A stretch of 64,000 nucleotides of DNA from a virus (IMGVR_UViG_3300032286_000505:1-64000), one strand, 5' to 3'; shown: positions 28,805-37,934, numbered from the stretch's first letter. A program made the numbers and translations. Notes: generated by a model not told the origin, from the letters alone.

Positions 28805-30005
28805 TTTCTGCGGCAAAAGTAAAGAAGACGTAGAAAAACTGATCGTAGGAGAAAACGCAGCCATTTGTAATGACTGTATTGATCTCTGTGTTGATATACT
28901 AAAAGACGAAAAGATCAAGACTCGGCCTTCTGATAAGAAAATTCTCAATCCTGCGTCTCTCAAAGACTACCTTGACGAATTTGTTATTGGACAGGACGAA
29001 GCTAAAATTGCTTTGAGTGTAGCAGTTAGTCAACACTTTAAAAGAATAAACAATCCTAGCAAAAATATCAAACTAGAGAAGACCAACGTACTGTTGCTTG
29101 GTCCTACTGGCTGTGGCAAGACCATGTTGGCTCGTAAAATTGCCGAATACCTAGATCTACCATTTGCTATCTGTGATGCTACTGGTATTACAGAAGCAGG
29201 ATATGTAGGCGACGATGTAGAAAGTATCTTAACTCGCTTGATCAATGAAGCTGACGGCGACATTGAAAAGGCAGGGCGAGGTATTGTCTACATTGACGAG
29301 ATTGACAAAATTGCCCGCAAAGGCGAAAGTGCCAGTCTTACTCGAGATGTTAGCGGAGAAGGTGTACAGCAGGCTCTACTTAAGATGGTAGAAGGCAGTA
29401 TTATGCGTATTCCTAGTACAGGCAAGCGTAAGCATCCTGGTAGCGATATGCAGGAAATTGATACTAGCGGTATTCTTTTTATCTGCGGTGGCGCCTTTGT
29501 TGGTTTAGATAAAATCATACAGCATCGATTAGAAGCTCGAAGTATTGGATTTAGTGCTAAGATAGCTGACAAAGAAGACAATAGTAAAAGCTACAGCGAT
29601 GTGAGTACAAAGGATCTTGTCCAATTTGGATTCATTCCAGAATTTATTGGCCGATTTGGATTGATCACTAATGTAGAAGAGCTTACACAAGATCAACTAG
29701 TATCTGTACTAGTCGATACTAAAAATAGCACTGTGCAACAGTATCAATACATATTTGAATTAGATGGAATTGAGTTAGAATTTGAAAAATCAGCTCTCCG
29801 AGAGATTGCCAGAAAAGCTAAAGATCTTAAAACCAATGCCCGAGGACTTAAAAATATCATAGAAAAGATACTATTACCGTATCAGTTTGATGCTATGAAC
29901 CTTGTAGAGCGTGGTTTGATAAAGATACTGATAAGTAAAGATACGGTGAGCGGAAAGGCCGCTACTATGATATTTGATAAAAAAGCAAACAATGAGCAAA
30001 AATAA
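28776..30005 (+). CDS. clpX: ATP-dependent protease ATPase subunit ClpX
   Basis: N-terminal C4 zinc finger CDFCGKS...CNDC; Walker A LLGPTGCGKT; sensor and arginine-finger regions; TTG start at 28776 or a downstream start. Confidence 0.85.
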   Translation: MNKDTNHSCDFCGKSKEDVEKLIVGENAAICNDCIDLCVDILKDEKIKTRPSDKKILNPASLKDYLDEFVIGQDEAKIALSVAVSQHFKRINNPSKNIKLEKTNVLLLGPTGCGKTMLARKIAEYLDLPFAICDATGITEAGYVGDDVESILTRLINEADGDIEKAGRGIVYIDEIDKIARKGESASLTRDVSGEGVQQALLKMVEGSIMRIPSTGKRKHPGSDMQEIDTSGILFICGGAFVGLDKIIQHRLEARSIGFSAKIADKEDNSKSYSDVSTKDLVQFGFIPEFIGRFGLITNVEELTQDQLVSVLVDTKNSTVQQYQYIFELDGIELEFEKSALREIARKAKDLKTNARGLKNIIEKILLPYQFDAMNLVERGLIKILISKDTVSGKAATMIFDKKANNEQK

Positions 30006-30225
30006 AGTTTTAACAGGCTGCAAAGTTATTGTGGGAGATCTGCCTATAAATGTGGCTTTGAGAAAGTTTAAACAACGAGTAGACGACAACGGCGTGTTAG
30101 AAGTTATTAAAGAGCGTATGCACTTTGAAAAACCAACTACAGAACGCAAAAGAAAAGCAGGAGCCGCTAAAGCTCGTTGGCTTAAAAAATTGCGCGAGCA
30201 AGAGCTACCTAAAAAAATGTATTGA
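29992..30225 (+). CDS. rpsU: 30S ribosomal protein bS21
   Basis: KVIVGDLPINVALRKFKQ...FEKPTTERKRKAGAAKARWLKKL aligns with bacterial S21 (VALRRFKR...YEKPTTERKR). Confidence 0.7.
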   Translation: MSKNKVLTGCKVIVGDLPINVALRKFKQRVDDNGVLEVIKERMHFEKPTTERKRKAGAAKARWLKKLREQELPKKMY

Positions 30226-30250
30226 CGCACAATACATAAGATGTTATACT
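30222..30250 (+). promoter_or_regulatory. sigma70 promoter TTGACG-17-TATACT
   Basis: 17-bp spacer; upstream of the restriction-modification genes. Confidence 0.5.
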
Positions 30251-30367
30251 CAATGTATGACAAAATTTAAAGTAACTAAATTAGGTAACGTTGGTATTCT
30301 TGTAGATGACACTATGGCTGATCGGAGTTATAAGATGTCAACACAAACAGGCACAAAGGAATACTAA

Positions 30368-31027
30368 ATGGCTAATTCAGCTCAACTCTCTAAAAACAAT
30401 AAAAATGCCCAAATATGGACCAATTGGGGTGATAACACAGAACGAGATTTTAAAACTTGTATCAAAGAAGTATTTGAACAATTGTCAACAATCTATCCAA
30501 ACTATGATTTTACACATCAAGGTAAAGTTAACAATCAAAAATTGATTGAGAGTTTTAACAATTACAACCCATCACATACATCTATCTTAAATGGTTCCAA
30601 CGGCGGTGGCTGCAATCCAGATGGTGGTGTAATTTACGTTAAAATTAATAATGGAAAATATATGCCTGTATTCATTGGTGAAAATAAACACCAAGAAGAT
30701 AATCCAGGAAATGCTATTGAACGATCTTTAAAAAATATATCGTTTTTTAAAAATCTTCTTATTAATGAAGATTACTTTCCATATCTTCTTAACATAAATG
30801 GTCCTATTGTAAATGATAGAAAAGGTAGTCTGTTTGATAGGATTGCACAGGACGGAGGATTTATGCCGATAAATACTGTACATGTAAAAAATAATCCAAA
30901 TACTCCACGACTCCGACCCTTTACTATTATACTTGATAAAAACTTTGATTATGATAAAGTCAAAAAAGTAAGTTTTGAAATTATAAAAGAATCAATTGAT
31001 CATTTAAAAAATGTTAATAAACTTTAA
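30368..31027 (+). CDS. EcoRI/RsrI-family type II restriction endonuclease
   Basis: NPDGGVIYVK...IGENKHQ...GNAIERSLKNISFF...YFPYLLNINGP parallels the EcoRI core (PDGGIVEVK...AEAKHQ...AAGNAIERSHKNISEI...HFPYVLFLEG) including the PD...E-x-K catalytic triad. Confidence 0.75.
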   Translation: MANSAQLSKNNKNAQIWTNWGDNTERDFKTCIKEVFEQLSTIYPNYDFTHQGKVNNQKLIESFNNYNPSHTSILNGSNGGGCNPDGGVIYVKINNGKYMPVFIGENKHQEDNPGNAIERSLKNISFFKNLLINEDYFPYLLNINGPIVNDRKGSLFDRIAQDGGFMPINTVHVKNNPNTPRLRPFTIILDKNFDYDKVKKVSFEIIKESIDHLKNVNKL

Positions 31028-32105
31028 GACTCCTTATCTAACTGAAAACATTATTACCTATATAGGTAATAAGCGAAAACTACTAATTGAAATTAGTGAT
31101 GTAGTTGATGACATTGTAAAGGATAATGAATCCTTTACAACTTGTCTCGATGCATTTAGTGGTAGCGGTATTGTCAGTCGATTGCTACGCCTTAAAGGAT
31201 TTACTGTATATGCCAACGATCTAGAAGATTATACACTTCCGATCAATCGAGCATTTTTAACACTTTCATCCGATCCGTTAACAACAGTAGATTATGAATT
31301 CTTAAATTCTGTTAATACAACTAACGCTCCTTATTTTAGTAAACACTATGCTCCTAAGAATACGGCAAATCCAGATTTAATAAATGAACGATTGTTCTAT
31401 TCAGCTGAGAATGCAGTGTTTATAGACGGAGTGTTAGAACACATACAGCAGTGGCCACAAAATAAAAAAGACGCCGTGCTGGCAAATCTTCTTTATAAAA
31501 TGAGTAAGAACATCAACACCAGTGGTGTGATGAAAGGATTTTATAATGGATTTGGCGGACCGAAAGGTCAAAACTTAGGAAGAATATTAGGAAAAATACA
31601 AATAGATCCTATCTATTATGTAGATAAACCGATTGGTGGAGTTTTTCAATCAAAGGCTGAAGAACTTTATTCCACTACAAGATGTCCGGCTGTTGACATA
31701 GCATACCTCGATCCTCCATATAACGGACATCAATACAGTTCAAATTATCATTTATTAAACAGTGCTGTAAAATATGATTTTTATGATCCAGGACTTACTA
31801 CCGCTAAGAAATCAAAAGTTGGTATTAGGAAAGATCATAACAGAAGTGTGTTTTGTTATAAGGATCAAGCAAAAGACGGATTTAAATCTGTAATCGATAC
31901 ACTACAGGCAAAATATCTTATTATTAGTTATAATAACGAAGGTATACTATCCATCAAAGAAATTGAAGATCTTTTGAAAACAAAATCCTCAAACATTAAA
32001 ATCCTATCAAAAAATTATAAAAAGTTTGCTGGTGGTTATGGCGGATATGAAAATACCTTAAACAAAAAAGTTCAAGAATTTTTTATTGTTGCAAAAATGA
32101 AATAA
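31011..32105 (+). CDS. N6-adenine DNA methyltransferase (Dam/D12-like alpha class)
   Basis: YIGNKRKLL, FSGSG (F-x-G-x-G) and LDPPY motifs in alpha-class order. Confidence 0.75.
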   Translation: MLINFKTPYLTENIITYIGNKRKLLIEISDVVDDIVKDNESFTTCLDAFSGSGIVSRLLRLKGFTVYANDLEDYTLPINRAFLTLSSDPLTTVDYEFLNSVNTTNAPYFSKHYAPKNTANPDLINERLFYSAENAVFIDGVLEHIQQWPQNKKDAVLANLLYKMSKNINTSGVMKGFYNGFGGPKGQNLGRILGKIQIDPIYYVDKPIGGVFQSKAEELYSTTRCPAVDIAYLDPPYNGHQYSSNYHLLNSAVKYDFYDPGLTTAKKSKVGIRKDHNRSVFCYKDQAKDGFKSVIDTLQAKYLIISYNNEGILSIKEIEDLLKTKSSNIKILSKNYKKFAGGYGGYENTLNKKVQEFFIVAKMK

Positions 32106-32109
32106 CTTC

Positions 32110-32138
32110 TTGACAATCTCTCTATATTCCTGTAAAAT
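32110..32138 (+). promoter_or_regulatory. sigma70 promoter TTGACA-17-TAAAAT
   Basis: Consensus -35, 17-bp spacer. Confidence 0.5.
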
Positions 32139-32163
32139 ATACTTTTACATATAGAAAGACAAT

Positions 32164-32694
32164 ATGGCAAAACATTTGATGCTAGATATGGAGACAATGG
32201 CAGTCTCCCCAAACGCAGTTGTTTTATCCCTGGGAGCTGTGCATTTTAACCCTTATGGCAATGGCTACGGAGATAAACTTTATTTCCGAGTCAGTATCGA
32301 CGACCAAGATGCTCTAGGTCGCGAAGTTGATCCAAATACTATAGATTGGTGGAGTAAACAGGATCCTGCTATTATGGAGGAAGCGTTTAGTCCAGACAAT
32401 CGTATCAGTTTAGTAGATGCAATGGATCAGTTCCATAAGTTTGCATGGGGTTGTAGTGCGTTTTGGTCACATGGCGCTACCTTCGACTTGATGATTATTC
32501 AAAATATCTACAAGCAGCTTAACAAGCCATTGCCTTGGAATTATTGGCAATTGCGTGATACTCGTACTTTATTTGATTTGGGTGTAGATCCGGATATGCC
32601 TCAAGGCAGTAAGCATGATGCTTTACAAGATGCTATCCGGCAAGCAGTCGGTGTACAAAACGTCTATGCTAAACTAAAGATTCGTCCACGTTAA
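32164..32694 (+). CDS. DEDDh 3'-5' exonuclease (DnaQ/RNase T superfamily)
   Basis: Exo I LDMET; Exo III H-x4-D KHDALQDA. Confidence 0.55.
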   Translation: MAKHLMLDMETMAVSPNAVVLSLGAVHFNPYGNGYGDKLYFRVSIDDQDALGREVDPNTIDWWSKQDPAIMEEAFSPDNRISLVDAMDQFHKFAWGCSAFWSHGATFDLMIIQNIYKQLNKPLPWNYWQLRDTRTLFDLGVDPDMPQGSKHDALQDAIRQAVGVQNVYAKLKIRPR

Positions 32695-33110
32695 CGGAAC
32701 CAGCCAATCTTTTTGCCAGCGGCCTTACGTTGATCATATTCTTCTGGGGTGCTAGGATAACGTAGTGCCCAGATAGCACATAGTGCCATGCCGGCAGCTA
32801 CTCCCAATACCAGCTTCCAGTTTTGGGTAGTGACCCAAAGTATGATCAAACTAATGTCCATTGTAATGATCATGGCCCATTTTCCATAAGTTGGAAATAC
32901 TCTTTTTTCTGCCCAATTGCGTAAGAAAGGTCCAAACAGTTTGTGATTCATAATCCAATTGTGCCAGCGTTCGCTTCCTTTGGCAAAGCAGTAAGCGGCA
33001 ATAACAGTGGGTGTTGACCACGGGATTCCAGGTGTAACTACTCCGATATAGGCAATGCCTAAAAAGATAAAACCTAATGTTGCCCAAAGGGCCTTTTTGA
33101 ATTTGTTCAT
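32691..33110 (-). CDS. inner-membrane protein, YbaN/DUF454 family
   Basis: GIAYIGVVTPGIPWSTPTVIAAYCFAKGSERWHNW resembles E. coli YbaN. Confidence 0.5.
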   Translation of the reverse strand: MNKFKKALWATLGFIFLGIAYIGVVTPGIPWSTPTVIAAYCFAKGSERWHNWIMNHKLFGPFLRNWAEKRVFPTYGKWAMIITMDISLIILWVTTQNWKLVLGVAAGMALCAIWALRYPSTPEEYDQRKAAGKKIGWFR

Positions 33111-33116
33111 AACTAG

Positions 33117-33145
33117 TTGACTTTCTTGGTAAAATACTGTATAAT
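33117..33145 (+). promoter_or_regulatory. sigma70 promoter TTGACT-17-TATAAT
   Basis: 17-bp spacer; divergent from the minus-strand YbaN-like gene. Confidence 0.55.
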
Positions 33146-33151
33146 ATACTT

Positions 33152-33964
33152 ATGATAATTAATCTCATCTCAGATCTACATTTGGACATCAGCAAACACC
33201 TGGAATTGCCTGGGGGTGATGTTCTAATCATTGCCGGTGATGCTTGCGAGGCACGTGAACTGGTCAAAGAACATCACAGTACAAAACCCTTGCCCTATAC
33301 AGGTGGTAGTTTTCCCTGCTACGACTTCTTTGAGTTCGAGTGCGCCAAGTACAAAAAAGTGTTTTACGTAATGGGTAACCATGAACACTATCGCGGAAAG
33401 TTTTGGAAGACCAAATCTGAGCTAGAACGTGTTCTGCCCAAGAACGTGACTGTGCTTGAGAATCAATGTGAGGTCTACGAAGGTGTATTGTTCATCGGTG
33501 CTACTCTGTGGACTGATATGAACAAGGGCGACCCGATGACCATGCACTCAATGCAAAACTACATGAACGACTATAAGGCTATTACTTTCAGTTACCCGCA
33601 GTATAACGCATATCACAAAATGCGACCTGCAGATACTGTTAAGATGCACCACGAGTCTAAGCGTTACATTGAAGAAAAAGTCATAGAACATCCAAACTTG
33701 CCAGTTGTTGTTATCACTCATATGGCTCCTACCTTTATGAGTGTTAACGACAAATACAAAGGTCAGTTGAGCAACGGTGCGTATGCGTCCGACCTGTCTG
33801 ATTTGATCTTGGATCATACCAACATTAAGGTGTGGGTACATGGTCATATGCATAATCCTTGTGATTACAAGGTAGGCGATACTCGTGTGCTCTGCAACCC
33901 TAGAGGTTATATACCTTGGGAAGAAGGCAACGGATTTGAACCAGGACTTTACTTCGAGGTATAA
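33152..33964 (+). CDS. calcineurin-like metallophosphoesterase
   Basis: ISDLHLD, GDACE, GNHEHY, ITHMAP, GHMH motif series. Confidence 0.7.
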   Translation: MIINLISDLHLDISKHLELPGGDVLIIAGDACEARELVKEHHSTKPLPYTGGSFPCYDFFEFECAKYKKVFYVMGNHEHYRGKFWKTKSELERVLPKNVTVLENQCEVYEGVLFIGATLWTDMNKGDPMTMHSMQNYMNDYKAITFSYPQYNAYHKMRPADTVKMHHESKRYIEEKVIEHPNLPVVVITHMAPTFMSVNDKYKGQLSNGAYASDLSDLILDHTNIKVWVHGHMHNPCDYKVGDTRVLCNPRGYIPWEEGNGFEPGLYFEV

Positions 33965-33965
33965 C

Positions 33966-34166
33966 ATGAAACCTATTCATTTACCATGTGGTGATACAGC
34001 ATACTTTGATCATGATTCAGGTATCAGTTATCGTTGTGAAACTTGCTTTGCTGTCGTAGGATCTGTGGGTCAGCCAAGGTCCTGCACGGAAGAAGCACAG
34101 AAGTACGAAGCATGGGAAGCCATTGGCGGCAAGGGTTGGGACTATGATAAAGGGTGTTCAAAATGA
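33966..34166 (+). CDS. small Cys-rich (zinc-ribbon-like) protein (66 aa)
   Basis: Internal ATG of listed ORF 33885..34166 chosen to avoid the 80-nt overlap; CGD...C...C motifs. Confidence 0.3.
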   Translation: MKPIHLPCGDTAYFDHDSGISYRCETCFAVVGSVGQPRSCTEEAQKYEAWEAIGGKGWDYDKGCSK

Positions 34167-34414
34167 CATCAACTGTTCGTATTCCTTGGATCCGTAAATA
34201 CGATAACCAATTCTATTGGAATGAAGTCTGTGCCTGGGCAATTGAATATTTTGGATTGCCTGGGGACAGATTCCAAACTCACGCCAATGTACATCATATG
34301 GACTTTGTTTTTAAAAGTAACAAGGATGCATTATTGATGGCGTTACATTGGAATGCCAACATTGTACCCGATGACGAATTAACTGTGGAAACTATAGGAA
34401 GGTTTATGCGATGA
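34154..34414 (+). CDS. small protein, WC-x-QQFG paralogue family member
   Basis: CAWAIEYFGLPGDRF...DALLMALHW shares a motif with 35018, 35489 and 35731. Confidence 0.4.
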   Translation: MFKMTSTVRIPWIRKYDNQFYWNEVCAWAIEYFGLPGDRFQTHANVHHMDFVFKSNKDALLMALHWNANIVPDDELTVETIGRFMR

Positions 34415-34674
34415 AACTTTGGTCTTTTATTAAATGGCAATGGGCCAAGTGTGAAGCTTGGCAAAAGTGGTTTATCTTTACAGCGTTTTTATTTGGAATT
34501 GGAGTAACATCTAAATCTACAGTTGGAGCATTTTGCTTAGGATTTAGTATCAGTATCTTTTTCTATTTTGTTACCAAATGGTTTTTAGTAGATCCTGTTA
34601 GAAAAAGTTGGGAAGAATTCAAAAAAGAGCAGAACGGCTTGTTCGATACAATTAAAGACAGCGACAAAAAATGA
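34411..34674 (+). CDS. small membrane protein (87 aa)
   Basis: Two TM helices. Confidence 0.35.
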   Translation: MKLWSFIKWQWAKCEAWQKWFIFTAFLFGIGVTSKSTVGAFCLGFSISIFFYFVTKWFLVDPVRKSWEEFKKEQNGLFDTIKDSDKK

Positions 34675-35021
34675 CAACCAATTCTTACATCTTTAGCTGG
34701 GATAATCTAGGCATAGAAAGCATTGTGCCTATCACACAATACGAACATCATGATAAACAAAATTTGATTCGTATGCTGTCTGAAAAGAAAACAGAAACTA
34801 ATCCCCTTAATGCTATCATGCATAATCTATTGTTACGGGCAAGATTTAACACACAGCGACACTACGAAATCTATGCTATAGATTGTGACAGTAGCATGGA
34901 CGAAAAGTTTTGGCAGGAGCAATGGAACGAGTATCCGCAAGAAACCGCTGACTTGATCAGAGAGCGCGGCCATAAAATTTATAGCGATAGACTCAAACCT
35001 GGCAAGATGAAGATAACATGA
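34671..35021 (+). CDS. hypothetical protein (116 aa)
   Basis: ATGA overlap. Confidence 0.35.
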   Translation: MTTNSYIFSWDNLGIESIVPITQYEHHDKQNLIRMLSEKKTETNPLNAIMHNLLLRARFNTQRHYEIYAIDCDSSMDEKFWQEQWNEYPQETADLIRERGHKIYSDRLKPGKMKIT

Positions 35022-35284
35022 AATTAAAAAAGTTAGATAAGAGACATAAAGGACATGGTCAGTTTAAGTACATGGCCTCCTTTACGCAAAGAGAAAAAGA
35101 AAAGTTCTGTCAGGTTAGAAATTGGTGTTGGCAACAATGGGGACCAGGTTGTGAGATAGACTTTTATCCTAACGTTACCAGTAGAAGTAATGAGTGGTCC
35201 TGGGTAAGTGAGCAATATAGAATGAACGTCTATATTGCTACCGATAAAGAATATCAATGGTTCCTACTAAAGTGGCATGATTAA
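35018..35284 (+). CDS. small protein, WC-x-QQFG paralogue family member
   Basis: NWCWQQWGPG...EYQWFLLKWHD. Confidence 0.4.
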   Translation: MKLKKLDKRHKGHGQFKYMASFTQREKEKFCQVRNWCWQQWGPGCEIDFYPNVTSRSNEWSWVSEQYRMNVYIATDKEYQWFLLKWHD

Positions 35285-35492
35285 AATAACATTACATAGG
35301 AAAAATGTAGGCGAGGTAATGGACATTCTATATTCACTTAGGGAGATGGGTTGGGTACAAGGACAAGATTTTGATTTTGCATTTAATCAAAGCAAGTGGG
35401 ATGACATGATCGGAGAGATACCTAAATACACTGAGTTTACTTTTTATACTGAAAAGTATGCTTCTTTCTTTTCTTTAAAATACGGATCATGA
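35277..35492 (+). CDS. hypothetical protein (71 aa)
   Basis: ORF. Confidence 0.3.
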   Translation: MIKITLHRKNVGEVMDILYSLREMGWVQGQDFDFAFNQSKWDDMIGEIPKYTEFTFYTEKYASFFSLKYGS

Positions 35493-35734
35493 CCTCAACT
35501 GAAGTTGTTAAAGAAGAATTTAGACACTTAGACCACGAAGTGTTAGTAGATTCTATAAAACATAATGACGCAGCTCGATGGTGTGTCCAACAGTTCGGAC
35601 AGCGTTGGGAAGCTATAGGCTATCGGTACGGTCGATGGTGTATGTTTTGGGCCGGGCGAGACAATCCGGGCAAGTACCGTTTTTGTTTTGCCCACGAACG
35701 AGATTTGTTGCTTTTTATTTTAAGGTGGATATGA
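35489..35734 (+). CDS. small protein, WC-x-QQFG paralogue family member
   Basis: ARWCVQQFGQRW...ERDLLLFILRWI; stop overlaps the next start (ATGA). Confidence 0.4.
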   Translation: MTSTEVVKEEFRHLDHEVLVDSIKHNDAARWCVQQFGQRWEAIGYRYGRWCMFWAGRDNPGKYRFCFAHERDLLLFILRWI

Positions 35735-36006
35735 ATATTAATTCAAATGTTTTTAACAACATTCAACTAGAGCCCGAACTTGAAGCGATGCAAACCGGCA
35801 AGGCCAAAGGCTGGATAGGTGAATACCATTGGGTATCAATGCCGGTTACTGATCAGAATAAGTATGATGATACAACAACACCTGCGATCGAATGGTGCCA
35901 ACAGTATTTTGGTAAAAGTGGTTCACGATGGTTTGAAAAGAAAAAGAAGTTTTACTTCAAAGACGAAAAGGACATGACCATGTTCATTCTTAGATTCTGT
36001 TCATAA
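35731..36006 (+). CDS. small protein, WC-x-QQFG paralogue family member
   Basis: Start moved to ATG 35731 (RBS AAGGTGG); EWCQQYFGKSGSRWF...MTMFILRFCS. Confidence 0.4.
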   Translation: MNINSNVFNNIQLEPELEAMQTGKAKGWIGEYHWVSMPVTDQNKYDDTTTPAIEWCQQYFGKSGSRWFEKKKKFYFKDEKDMTMFILRFCS

Positions 36007-36007
36007 A

Positions 36008-36226
36008 ATGATCTTGTTAAAGATAAAAGATCAACGCAAGGTAGAACATTATTGTGTAAAAAATATAGGGCGCAGGCTGTACTACCTGCATAATAAAATA
36101 GGCGGACAAGGATGGTCAATTAAAAAACAGAGTACAGAATTATTATTGACTATAGACGATGATAAAAAAGCGCTAATGGCTGTATTGATTTTGAGCGACG
36201 AAATATATGAAGCCCAGAGAAGGTGA
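36008..36226 (+). CDS. hypothetical protein (72 aa)
   Basis: ORF. Confidence 0.3.
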   Translation: MILLKIKDQRKVEHYCVKNIGRRLYYLHNKIGGQGWSIKKQSTELLLTIDDDKKALMAVLILSDEIYEAQRR

Positions 36227-36509
36227 AGATTATGCAGCATGGTTAGATCGTGCTAAAATGTACGAACACGGAATTGCCATGCAACGTATTGCCAAGGGCG
36301 AAGATTCAATCAAAGTTATGGAAGAGATGAGCAGGCGTTTGATAGAAAAAGCACTACACCCGATTTTTAAAGCTATTAAAGAAAGCTCAACGCAACCTTT
36401 TGATGCAGAGAAAAGCAGGCAAGAATACGAAGAAAAGTACTTAAAAAACAGCAAACCTGTAGCAGATCACGTGGATGGCAACTTATTTGACAATACTGAT
36501 AAAAGATAG
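36207..36509 (+). CDS. hypothetical protein (100 aa)
   Basis: ORF. Confidence 0.3.
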   Translation: MKPREGEDYAAWLDRAKMYEHGIAMQRIAKGEDSIKVMEEMSRRLIEKALHPIFKAIKESSTQPFDAEKSRQEYEEKYLKNSKPVADHVDGNLFDNTDKR

Positions 36510-36597
36510 TATAAATATATGTGTAGCAGATACTTTATAGGTCAGTTACACGGGCACAGTGCCCAAAAAATGATTCTTACTTATTAAGGAGAAAATT

Positions 36598-37032
36598 ATG
36601 AATCAACTAGTACGCTTCGACACCAACGCTTTAAACAAAGCCCTTTTAGGATTTGACCAACTGTTCGATAACTTCGAACATCGTTTTGCAAATCAAATCC
36701 AGCAAAACTACCCCCCATATAATGTCTTGAAACACAATGACGATTCTTACGAATTGGAAATTGCTGTTACTGGATTTACTCCGGAGGAAATTACAGTTGA
36801 GATCGATCAGACTCAACTAATTGTTAAAGGACAGCGATTGCGTGACGAAGACACAAACACACAGTATCTACACCGCAGTCTTGCCACTCGCGACTTTACA
36901 CGATCATGGACTCTTGCAGAGCACATGGAAGTAGGCGAAGGCAAGATTAAAAACGGCGTTCTTACTATTGCTCTAACACGAGTGATTCCAGAAGCGCTTA
37001 AACCGCGTCAACTGAAAATTACTGCCGAGTAA
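36598..37032 (+). CDS. small heat-shock protein, Hsp20/IbpA family
   Basis: Alpha-crystallin domain; YPPYNV, AVTGFTPEEITVE, LTIALTRVIPEALKPR closely parallel E. coli IbpA; RBS AAGGAGAAAATTATG. Confidence 0.85.
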   Translation: MNQLVRFDTNALNKALLGFDQLFDNFEHRFANQIQQNYPPYNVLKHNDDSYELEIAVTGFTPEEITVEIDQTQLIVKGQRLRDEDTNTQYLHRSLATRDFTRSWTLAEHMEVGEGKIKNGVLTIALTRVIPEALKPRQLKITAE

Positions 37033-37035
37033 TCC

Positions 37036-37062
37036 CCGGGGGCGTAAATGCCCCCATTTTTT
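37036..37062 (+). terminator. Rho-independent terminator GGGGGCGTAAATGCCCCC then ATTTTTTAA
   Basis: GC stem with T-tract after the Hsp20 gene. Confidence 0.65.
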
Positions 37063-37081
37063 AACTCTTATTAAATAAAAA

Positions 37082-37390
37082 ATGAGCACCGAAACACCAG
37101 TTATCGAAAAGAAAAAACAAACAAGTAGGCAAATTAAAGAACCAGGTAAGTTCAAAGTTGTTGTTTGTAATGATGATGTAACCACAGCAGATTTTGTTGT
37201 AGCCATGCTAATGAACATTTTCCGCTACGACGAGAAGCGGGCATATGAATTAACTATTTTAATTCATCAAAGGGGTAGTGCAGTAGCAGGTGTTTATTCA
37301 TACGAGATTGCTGAACAAAAAGCAGTCGATGCAACCAATATGGCTCGTATCAACGGATTCCCTTTGATAACTAAAGTGGAACCAGAATGA
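37082..37390 (+). CDS. clpS: ATP-dependent Clp protease adaptor ClpS
   Basis: FKVVVCNDDVTTADFVVAMLMNIF matches the ClpS core ([24 protein letters not shown]). Confidence 0.85.
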   Translation: MSTETPVIEKKKQTSRQIKEPGKFKVVVCNDDVTTADFVVAMLMNIFRYDEKRAYELTILIHQRGSAVAGVYSYEIAEQKAVDATNMARINGFPLITKVEPE

Positions 37391-37397
37391 GGATACT

Positions 37398-37934
37398 GTG
37401 AGCCTAAAAGACCTAACAGCAGAAAAACATAAACTAGCAGAATCAACTCCCTTTATGAAAGCGGTGTTTGCTCAAACTTTGCCGCGTGATATTTGGGTTG
37501 ATTGGACTTATCAGAAATGGTTGTTCTACGGTGCCATCGAAGGTGCCGCAGGTGCTAATCGTTTACTAGAAGACTTGCCAGATTTGCGTAGAGCATTTTA
37601 TTTGGCAATGGACTATGCAGAAATGAACGGCAGTAATCCACTACATGAGTTCCGCCCCGTTGTTGTAGACTACTACAACTACCTGCTATCCATTAGCAAA
37701 GACCCCGAGAAGATTATGGCGCACTTGTACACATGGCACATGGGCGACATGTTCGGTGGGCAAATGATTAAGAAGATTGTTTCAGGACCACATCGTAATT
37801 TAGAATTTGAAGACCCCCGCACACTAATGACCAACATTCGTGCTAAACTAGACGACAGCATGGGCGACGAAGCCAATGTGGCCTTTGACTGGGCAATACG
37901 CATGATGAGAGATTATGACAGTAGTTTGGGATAA
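37398..37934 (+). CDS. heme oxygenase
   Basis: YTWHMGDMFGGQMIKKIV parallels cyanobacterial HO1 YTRYLGDLSGGQILKKIA; N-terminal LKDLTAEKHKLAE helix. Confidence 0.7.
   Translation: MSLKDLTAEKHKLAESTPFMKAVFAQTLPRDIWVDWTYQKWLFYGAIEGAAGANRLLEDLPDLRRAFYLAMDYAEMNGSNPLHEFRPVVVDYYNYLLSISKDPEKIMAHLYTWHMGDMFGGQMIKKIVSGPHRNLEFEDPRTLMTNIRAKLDDSMGDEANVAFDWAIRMMRDYDSSLG

Noticed and set aside
30125-30367. 80-aa ORF overlapping the 3' end of the bS21 gene
   Set aside because: Its first 100 nt overlap bS21 in another frame, and a consensus promoter (30222..30250) lies inside it. At most a 36-aa remnant (30257..30367) could be translated, and it has no motif.
35578-35730. Long N-terminal extension of ORF 35578..36006
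   Set aside because: The extension overlaps paralogue 35489..35734 out of frame. The conserved family motif begins after the internal ATG 35731, which has a good RBS.
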